64,000 nt of DNA from Lophium mytilinum (taxonomy: Eukaryota), in assembly GCA_010093605.1 (NCBI GenBank), contig MU004184.1, positions 630,801 to 694,800 of the forward strand. Reading direction: 5' to 3'. Position 1 is the first letter of the stretch. The number at the start of each line of letters is the position of its first letter. This document shows, in pieces, positions 50,999 through 60,327 of this stretch. The notes beneath the pieces were generated by a model. It worked only from the letters and a program-made list of their open reading frames with translations, made no database searches and had not been told where the DNA came from. A program made the translations under genes and the position numbers.

Positions 50999-51095
50999 TT
51001 GCAGAGGGTGGGGCAGAACCCACCTACACTGCGCCCAGGGTAAAGGCGATGGAATCATCTGTTGCAAAGGATGGGGCAGAACTCACCTACGCTGC
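50999..51095. repeat. Degenerate 34-bp direct repeat pair, 63-bp period
   Basis: ttgcagagggtggggcagaacccacctacactgc (50999-51032) versus ttgcaaaggatggggcagaactcacctacgctgc (51062-51095); 4 mismatches, all transitions. Confidence 0.8.
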
Positions 51096-51971
51096 TGTTG
51101 TGATGGAGACCTACAAAATTAAGCTAAATATACCCCAAACAACACAAATGCTTACACTTAGCTTTTACCCACCACCAAATCGCGTTTGATCACTCACATC
51201 CATACAAGGATGGGTACGTCAATATCGAACGACTTTGTGGCATCATTTCCACCTTGGACGATTGAGGCTTTCGTGGCTGCTCAGTGAATGATTCATTTTG
51301 ACAGTCGAACATTAAACACCACTACAGTAGAAACTTGAATTAGAAGCTTGCTTGCCTAGAAGAAGCGTGTCGCTGACATTGAATAAGGGCTAAACGCGGG
51401 AGTTCATAGAAACGATGATACAGCTTGGTAGAAACTGAGTTTTCGAACTCACAGCGTTTTGACTTATCACGTGAAGTCACGTGGAGCCGAAGAATATTGG
51501 TGAACTAGTTAGCTACCTGCCCTATAAAATAGGATGAGTCCCGTTTCCCCGGATTTGAAGGATCTTAGGGCTATGACCTCAGACGAACAGGAGACTACCA
51601 ACTTTGTATCTTTAGAAACAGACCTTTGTAATTTGGAGTAGTGATACCGTGCTAACAGGGCTGCTGCCGTAATGTATCATGCCACGGGCTTCTCAGATTG
51701 GGTAATGTAGCACGGCCACGCTGAGCACATAATCAGATCACCGAAGGGCTTCTGGGAGTTACGGAACCTCAAAGCTAAGGATTTGACGTTCAGGAGATTC
51801 TAAATCAGAGGGGAGTCCTCTAAGAACATCGAAAGTGTCCAAGTTTCAACGCCCTTGAGATCTTGTTCTATGATAGTATCGCGGTAGACACGTAGAAAGA
51901 ACATTGAAGGGCTCCCGGAGGATTTAGAGTATTGAGGATGAGGATGTAAGATCTGGACACTTGATATGACG

Positions 51972-52323
51972 TGTTCCCCCCGATAAAGTATAACCTGTAG
52001 TATTCCAATCCTCCTAGACTATAGCGCCTAGCCTTAGGAGTATAACTCTTAAGTTTTAGCTCTTAAGACTAGATAATAGTAGTAAAGATTTAGAAAAGGC
52101 GAAATATCTGCGTGCAGCATGCGTGCTGCACGCGTACTACCCCAGTAATCGGGCGATAATGGTAAGGCTTAGTAAGGAACTTTAAATCTTAGCATATATT
52201 AAGTATAGATTATCCCTCTCTCCTATTATATTTTAAGCTATGAATTTATCTTAGAGCTAAGCACTATATAGAATACCTTCTATAAAAGTTTTAAGGTTAT
52301 AGACCTAAGGTTGGGCTAGAATA
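51972..52323. mobile_element. RIP-mutated solo-LTR-like transposon relic
   Basis: About 350-bp AT-rich, TpA-rich and CpA/TpG-poor block. Starts TGTTCC and ends GGGCTAGAATA, which reverts to ..GGAACA (inverted terminus) with two RIP-type transitions. No clean target-site duplication (TGACG versus CTCCG). Confidence 0.55.
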
Positions 52324-52481
52324 CTCCGCATGTAAAGTGGAGGGTGCGGGAGAAATCGCCAAGCGATTGTACTGTACGCTGTTTCGAACTCGACAAATCG
52401 AGCTAAAGCTTCACCTCGGCAGCCTCCACTCCATACATCATTCCGAACGCCACACTATCGAACCATCTCGATACAACTACG

Positions 52482-53476
52482 ATGCCACAAGCACTCATTC
52501 TCATCGCAGACGGCACCGAAGAGACTGAATTTGTCGCAACCTATGATGGTACTGTGCCCCACCAAGCTCTTTATACCCCGCCAACTGCTCGATGCAGAGC
52601 TAGCTAGCTATGTTAAATTTAAGCATCTATAGCCTCAATGGCAGTGAACGCTAATGGAAGACACCCGCAGTGCTTGTCCGCGCAGGCTTCAAAGTGAAGT
52701 CCGTCGGCGTCAATCTCAAAAACGACTTTGCGACGTATGTTCACTATTCTCGCGTATCCTCACTAGTCCTTTCACGGCACTTCCAGCCCCGTTTGTTTCT
52801 TTCTCTTGCCTCTATCAGTACCAGCGTAGAAACCATGCCCATATCATAGCCTGTTCTGCCCAACACTAACCGCGCTCGTACTTAGCTGCTCGAGAAATAT
52901 CCGCATAATCCCGGATGAACACGATATCGAGAGCTTCAAATACGACACCTACAACCCAGAATATGACGTTTTAATCCTTCCCGGCGGCGGGCCCGGCGCT
53001 GCCACATTCTGTGCCTCGGAAGTGGTACTTATGACCATAGCAAACTTCCGTGCTCGTGACAAATGGGTGGCAGCGATATGCGCTGGCACGACAGCAATAG
53101 TGGTAGACACCTCGAGCTCTTACGGCGCACCGGCGGGGGTGGGAACTGTGACGAGTCATCCGAGTGTGGAAGCGGAGATCAAGGCCAAGGGATGGCACTA
53201 TTCACAGGACAGATGCGTTGTGGATAAGGACTACAAGTTGATCACTTCAAGAGGGTATGTGGCCGAAGCCGTATAGTCTTTGTCGAGGCACTTCAACGTT
53301 GGTAACGACTATGAGCTAAGCTGACGTTTCCGAATGATAGGCCTGGAACAGCGCTGCTATTCGCCCTGTCGATTGTTGAGGAGCTATGCGGGAAGGAGAA
53401 AAGGAAGGAGGTTGAAGGGCCGATGCTCATGCCTGCCAGCGATAGCATGAAAGAAACGCCTGACAGCGATGGATAG
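52482..53476 (+). CDS. DJ-1/PfpI family protein (glyoxalase/deglycase-like)
   Basis: Exons 52482-52548, 52671-52734, 52886-53254, 53341-53476. MPQALILIADGTEETEF...YDVLVRAG, ILPGGGPGA, nucleophile motif AAICAG, TSHP and LITSRGPGTALLFAL. Confidence 0.9.
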
Positions 53477-54018
53477 CATGGAGGAAACGGCTTGACGAGA
53501 CTGAGGCTCCACAACGAGCTTCGGGAGGTAGCCCTCATACAGCTTCTAAAATGAAAAGTGAGACCTATAAGCAAGATTGCACTCTGTAGTGTTCCGCTGA
53601 CCTGACCTCCCAAATCCCAATTTCCTTCGTGGCTATGTTTCGGCATGGCCTGCTTAGTACTCCATTTGCCTGTGAATTCAGGTCCTAGCGTCGCGTGGTA
53701 TGGTGAGGCTGGCCCTTCTACTGGTATCAAGCTCATTGAAAAGACCCGGACAAGCTCGATGAGTAGTATCGGAGATGGGGGAAAGGGCCCGTAGCTTGGT
53801 TCCTCGCGTGAGAGTTGGTCCCGACGCCAGAGTCGGAGGGCCCTACGCTTGCCCAAAGGTCCTTCAAGACCCTTCGTGGCAAAAAGCCATCTAGCGTGGC
53901 GATAATTCCCTGGGAGATCTGCTGGGTATTTATGTACCAGTGGTGGCCATCTTGCGCCTCTTATCGACAACTGGCCATCATCGAAATCCAGTGCATACCC
54001 GGTGTTCTTCAAGCCGTC

Positions 54019-54369
54019 TCATCTCCCTTCCGTACTTTGACTCGCTCGCTCTTGATCCCTCTTAGATTTCCTCGCCGCCACCTGCGCAATCTTCCTCTCC
54101 ATCTCCTTTCTCCTTCCCTCGAGCCTTTCCCGAGCAATTTCTAGCTGGGCAATCTTTTCATCCGGCGTCGCGTCGAGGACCTTTTGCTTCTCCTAATTGA
54201 TGCGTCAACAGTGCTCCCTGAAGCAGTCATATCTGGCCGATTGGACAGAACAAACCTGCTTCCACTCCTGCTTCGTCTTCAACCCGGCGCCATACAGCGC
54301 CCCGGTTGCTGTAATACCCGCCACGGCGCCCGTCATAATGAAGCGACGGATTGTCTGCCGTTGAGCCAT
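54019..54369 (-). CDS. Small conserved fungal protein (N-terminal TM segment plus coiled coil, 95 aa; possibly mitochondrial)
   Basis: Exons 54369-54256 and 54192-54019: MAQRQTIRRFIMTGAVAGITATGALYGAGLKTKQEWKQ-EKQKVLDATPDEKIAQLEIARERLE; canonical intron. Confidence 0.78.
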
Positions 54370-54649
54370 ACCCGCTAGACCAAAAAGTAAACAAAAACCG
54401 TTAAAATAGCACAGAGGAGCCTCAATGGCAAAGCGATGAAGGGACTCAAGCCGCATCCCACAGACGACCACGAAATAAAGTTTTAACTCCGAGCCTCCGA
54501 AAACGCCCTAATGAGGCTCCACTACTCCACGCGCCGCCCGCGGCGCATCAACAAACCCGCAAACATCCCACCTTTACTTCCACGACACCCCAAACCCGCC
54601 AACACCACGCGATTACCTCCAAGGATCGAAATCAACCCTAAATTTCGCA

Positions 54650-55126
54650 ATGTCGAACCTCCCCCGCGCCGGCCAGCCCTCCACCTCCCGCCTCAGCACC
54701 CTCCCCTCGCAGAAGCCCCGCCAGCTCTCCCACCTGCACGCGCAGCTCGCACAGCTGACGGCGAACGTGTCGGATCTCGAGAACCTGCTGCGCATGACGG
54801 CGGTGCAGGCGGAGAGTATGCGCGGGCTGGGTGGGTATATGGGTGGAATGTACGTTGCACTATCCTCCTCCCTGTCGCATTCATGGGAAAACATATCTGG
54901 CTGGAGTGAGAGTTGAATGGCGTTGGGAGGCGCGCCGGAGTAACTCTATACTCAAAATTGGGGTTTTTATCTACAAGTCGCACGGCTAACATTCACGCTC
55001 CACAGGTTCATGGCTGCGAGCAAAGTCCTAGGCGAAGAAACTGTGCGCGGAGGAGGGAGCGGGGCGGGGGGTGCGAGTGGGAGTATGGAGGAGCGGAGCG
55101 GACAAGAGGGAACTCAGGGCGCATGA
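54650..55126 (+). CDS. HSK3: DASH/Dam1 complex subunit Hsk3
   Basis: Exons 54650-54849 and 55006-55126; core K.RQLSHLHAQLAQL.AN..DLENLLRMTAVQAESMRGLGG..GGMFMAASKVLGEE. Confidence 0.88.
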
Positions 55127-55561
55127 AAGCATGGGCGCGCGCAATGGGATGGAGATGGGATTCGACATGCGATTCGATAAAGAACAAGCACCTGCGACGG
55201 GCCGGACCGCTGCATGTTGGTTCACAGGCCTCGGGATGAATTCGTCATTCGGAGCCATGATGGCATTATTGCATGATGGGAGAACAAACTACTGAGAGTG
55301 TCCGAGCACGCTTAGCTTGAGAGATGGCGGAAGACGGGTATGGTGCTATTAGTACAGATATAGCGCGTGTCGAAGCGTGGGATGAGATGGAAGCTTCCGG
55401 CATGGAATTGGACTGGATTGGAATTGTCGGTGAAGATATGGGAGCTCATCAACGATGTTACCTTCAGCTGTTAGAAATAGGCCTTCACTATATGATTCCG
55501 CTTCTACTCTTGTACATAGGAATCGAAATGATCTACCGACTGTATAGAGTGGTAGTAAGTG

Positions 55562-56022
55562 GGATAGTGGGATAGTGGGTGGATAGCTCGAGTCAATTCA
55601 CGATGCTTTATCTCGGCCCTATCGAGCACGGTGCCCGCTTAGGGAAAGATAGCAAGTCGCACACTAGCAGCTATGCACCCCAAATGCAGGGAGTTAACGC
55701 CTTATCTGCCAGATGTGCAGCGTCCCCAGACATCTGGTTCGACGGAGTCGATCCGATGCTGCAGGTCATCCTGACTGTCAACAAGGAGCACTCCGATAAG
55801 ATTGCCCAGGAGCTGTGATAGGAAGCTGGCGCTGGCAGCTCGAGGTCCGTGGTGTCGTCGTGGCCCCTGTTTTACCGTTGGCAGACTGCGCAGTGACGAT
55901 ACGGGCGAGATCATTGGTAGCAGCGCGAGCTGGCCGTTATCAAGAAAAAGATAAGCTATCGATTCGCAAGCCTGGACGTCGGTGAGGTGCGCGCGCACGG
56001 AACCTCGAACGTGTGTATATAA
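55562..56022 (+). promoter_or_regulatory. GATA-site cluster followed by a TATA box
   Basis: Nine HGATAR matches on both strands (55608, 55619, 55647, 55702, 55794, 55816, 55937, 55949, 55956), three GGATAG at 55562-55586, then TATATAA at 56016-56022. Confidence 0.6.
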
Positions 56023-59000
56023 GGCGAAGGTCGCCTGCGTTCATGTTCTAGAAAGGATCTCGTCATGTTCGACCAGTATGACTTCGGTTTTGGTGTTGCT
56101 CATCCGCTCTTCGTACCTGCGTCTTGGAACCTAGCCGGATTCGAATGTCACGCCTACCTACTTGGACGCACCACTCTGGACCCAGGACTCATATGCCTAC
56201 TTGTGCCTCTCCATGACCATGGGTCCGTGGACTATCGATTTGCCCAGGGAATCTAAGATTGGAATTTGGAAGGGACTGGCAGGGGTCACGTGCTGGTTAG
56301 TGAGAGGTCACGGGATATGGGATTGGGGTTGAGGAAAAGTGGGAGGGCGGAGGCGGGGCGGGAGGACCGGGACGACAACAGCTCGACGACGACGACTCCC
56401 ACACCCACATCCTTCATCTCGTCGTCGACATGCCGGCTTCTGCGGGAGGACGCCTAATGCGTGCAGCCGTCGTTCGACACGCTCTGATCGGTGAGCGTTG
56501 GCCTGCAGACAATTATTTGGATTTCCAGGATGTGAGGCAGGAATGAGACACGCCCCCCACGCTCTATCCCGCGCGCTCATCTCCAGGAGACGCACTTCGG
56601 GCAGCTGCCCTTGCCACTGTCCGGCTATGTTCCCCCCGGCGCAGTTGGCGTGCATTTCTGCGGCATCGGCGGTACTCTAGAGGGACGGCTGGACTTGACT
56701 GGAGAGGATGGGCGCCATATACTCCGAATGGATATGTATGTACGCGCACGCCCGGAGTCCTTACACCTTGCTGCCTATGTCCGCGGTCAGCATGCAGTGG
56801 CGAAGCAAGAGCAAAGGGGTTGCTGTTGTCGGTGGTTCAGCGGCTGTGAGGATGTAAGTAGCATGCTAGCAGAAAGGTAAGTTTGTTGGCGACGTGTTTT
56901 CGCAGTACGGCAGAACGGCGACCTGCCTGCAGTGAGCACGGGAGCTGGACACGGCAACGGGAATTGTCGGCTCAGGTTGATTGATGCATATCGGCTCCGC
57001 ACACCCTGGCGCGCTGACCTGCAGATTTGCGAGGTGGTGGCTTGAGCGTGCAGGGACTCGGCTGCATCCATGCTCGCTGCGACCCCCACGCGTCTAAAGC
57101 ATCCGATGGACATTGGGAGTGGAGTTACCCCTCCTGCGCGTCCGGGCCGAGTCGTGTTTCTAGCACTGCACTGGGGATGATGAGGGCGGGCGACGAAGCC
57201 GCCTCTGTCTCTCCACTGGTAATCCCAACATGAACGCGCGCGGCGACATTGACAGAGTGGGCGTAGACTCCGGCAACTTGTCTGCTAGACTGCAGGAGCT
57301 GGCTTGCTCGCTGCCAAGGGGTCGGCTGTTGCGTGGCCGTTGGGATTGGCTGCAGCCGTTGGAGATCAGCATGTGAAATGCCCCACGAGATCTGCCTCTA
57401 GACGCGAGACACCGGCGGGTGGACGACACACGACGTCGCTCGTCTCACACCTGGGCGGTCCATGAATCGCGGCCTCGAGGGCCGATTTTTATGCTCAACA
57501 CGCTGTGCCCAAGTCCAGAGCTCACCAGCATCACAACAATCGCATCTCGAGTCTCCTGCATCTAGGCCTTGACCCTGCGATGTAATACCGTTGCAGAGAC
57601 CCTGTCGCTCGAAGCCGCCAGGCTATATCTCGCAAGTTGCAGCGGACCGCCGCCTCTGGCCCTGGTCCTGGGCGAGCTAGCCTCGCTCCGTGGAACATAA
57701 AGTGGCAGTCGGACACGGTCTGAAGTGGCCTGGAGAGCCATCAGGCCTGCCAAAATTGGCGTTGTAAAATTTTCGAACGCATTTCGGAGGACCTCGAACG
57801 GTGCCAGGCAAGTGTGCGCAAGCATGGAAAGCGTATATACTTTTAGGTTTCAGATTAGAACCACAGGCGCGTCCATTGCCACTTTTTGATCGAGGGAGCC
57901 TGCTAGACTCTCGCTATGCCTTCCAGAATAGCCTGAAGGGGGCGCGATCTCCAATCCTAGAGCCGATCTGACAGGGACCCTGCATCCTGGCCGTATGTTC
58001 AAAAGCAAAGCGTGATGCTCAGCCAACAACGGACGATGCAATAGCCGCTTGGGGGAACCACGGAGCGGGAGCCTGGGTGGGTAGTGGGTGCATGTTCGTG
58101 GAGACGTTTGGGCTGGAGATGCGGAGCGCGCGGTGTTGGACGTGGTCAGCTTGTCGTGTGGCGAAGCCTCTCTTCGCTGCTCAGTAATAGCAATGAAACA
58201 GAGCGATGTCGACCCGGCCATCCGCGATTATTTCCCAGCTGCCCAGTTCTGAGAAGGGCGAACACGTCTCAGGGCCAATGGACCCTTTGAAGCGCCCAGT
58301 AGTTCACGGTGAGTACAGTCCAGATCGCCGTCTTTGCCCCAGGCCCAGAAGGGCGTCGTGGTGGGCGTCTTCCAAAGCAATTGCGCGCACTGTGATTGGC
58401 ACCGCGACCGCCCGCTGGTTTGGATCCGGTGCGCAGGATGTCTCCAAGCCTGCGCCTCTGCTTCCAGCGTTGGATTACGCGGCGTGTGATTGGCGATAGC
58501 GTTGCGGCACGTCAACGAACAATGAAGAGCCGTGGCACGACGCTCTGGTCGGACAAGCAGACGTGCGCACAATAAGGCTATTGAAAAGAGGGTCCAAAAC
58601 GTGGACAAGACCACGCGAGGTCCCGGGAGGGCCTCGGGTGTTTGAGGAAGAGGGGAAACATCGGCCTGTCTGGTGGGCGGAAGCGCGAAGTGGGAAATGC
58701 CGTGGTGTTGAGGCTGGCTCCCGGCACGACGGCTGCTTTGGGCAACGGAAGCTCTGAACGACGTGGTCTTCCTTGCTGGCCTGGCCCGCGGTGGAGCCCG
58801 CAGCAACAATACGGCTTTGGGCCTGCGGGCTTTGAGCTGGTGTGAATCCTGAGTGTTGCAGCGTCTTGAAGAGCCCCACCTGATGCTGAAGAGAGCGGCG
58901 CCCCGAGTCGTCCTGCGTCGACGCCGCTGGGGTCAGCTGTATGCAGACGAAGGTGACTGGATCGGCCGGCTGGGTCTCCGACATGGTGCGCCGTCTTGAG

Positions 59001-60327
59001 TCGCTTGGCTGTGGTGTCTGTACGGCGGTGCCCTAATTCCCTCCCAGCGTTGTCGAGGGATAGCGCGTGGCAGAGGGACTGCCCTGTCTCGAGATCAGCC
59101 GTGACGGACGCGATGGAGGTCCGGCGGCTTCATGCCGTATGATGTATGGGCTGCCGTCGTACCAGCTTGGAGGCGAGGGTGATCGTCCAGCGGAGGAGCG
59201 CCAGATCGAGAGGCGGATCGAGATGCTTGGCACCAACGGCTGGAGTCGCAACGGCCCCGTAACTGCGTCTATCTCTGGGTATCCTGGGCGCCTGGGTTTT
59301 GCAGAGCGCGGGCGGAGGCAGCTGCGGCTCTGGCTCTCTGGTTCCGAGCATTTCGAGGCCGTTGTGGTACCGCGATTTGGAAGCCGTCGTGACGTCTGCG
59401 GACAGCCTCGCCGTCTGCTCCCAGGGCCTGCAGCTACTCTGCAGTCGAGAGGCCTCCTCTGGCAGGGAGCGGCTAGTTGCATGCCCAGCAACCGCTTTGG
59501 AGTGCAACTCTGCCCGCCTGTGTGGCCCTCCGTGCCCTCGTATGACGCCAACGGACGAAGCTTGACTCCAGCGGCCTCCACCGCGTACGCCCCATCCACA
59601 CGCTTCGCGGCGGGCACTGCGAGCGCCGGCGCGTGTCTTTGTCCACCCACGGCCCCCCTCTGTGGAGGGACCCAGTGTGCCAGTACCCAAACTGTGGAGG
59701 TTGCTGCCCAGGCGTGGTCGTAGTCGCGGTCGTCGGCCACCTTGCCATAGTGTTCTATTTCACTCGTCTGGCCGTGCTCCTGCTCTGTGACGCTGTCTTC
59801 TACTCTTGCCCCCGCATCGCCATCGCCAACCTCACCATCCTCACCACCACCACGCCTGCAGGCTCCCCTGCGCATCCACTCGCTCGGCTTGCGCCTGAAG
59901 AAACCTGGAGCAGCGGGGCGCCACTCGTCTGCTCATTCGGCCCCCCAGGGCCCCAGTCCCCCCACGCGCGGCACCAGCACGCTCCACCAGGCCACTCGCC
60001 GCCTGCAGAAGGCCCGAGAGCGCGCAAAGGCGTTCGCACCGCTGTCATTGAGGCCGCGCCCAGTCTGCAAACCGCCTGCTAGGCCCGCTGCAGCAGCAGG
60101 CCGGTCGCTGCTAGTCCAGCATCTGAAATTGTCCCGACCGAGCTCGACGCCCTCACGCCGCTGACCTGGCCGCGACCGCACAGAGCAGCCCGTCACGCTG
60201 CCGAACGGACGCTGCCTCCCGTGGGCTGCGCAGCGCAAAAGCAAAACTCCAACAATTGATTCCCCAGCATTTCGCTGCTGCCGTCCAACAGTCGCGTGCG
60301 CCCCCGGCTTTGCGCAACACCACCACT

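Noticed and set aside
56300..60250. Many ORFs up to 280 aa in the areA upstream region
   Set aside because: Low-complexity GC-rich translations in overlapping frames with no domain; consistent with a long regulatory region.
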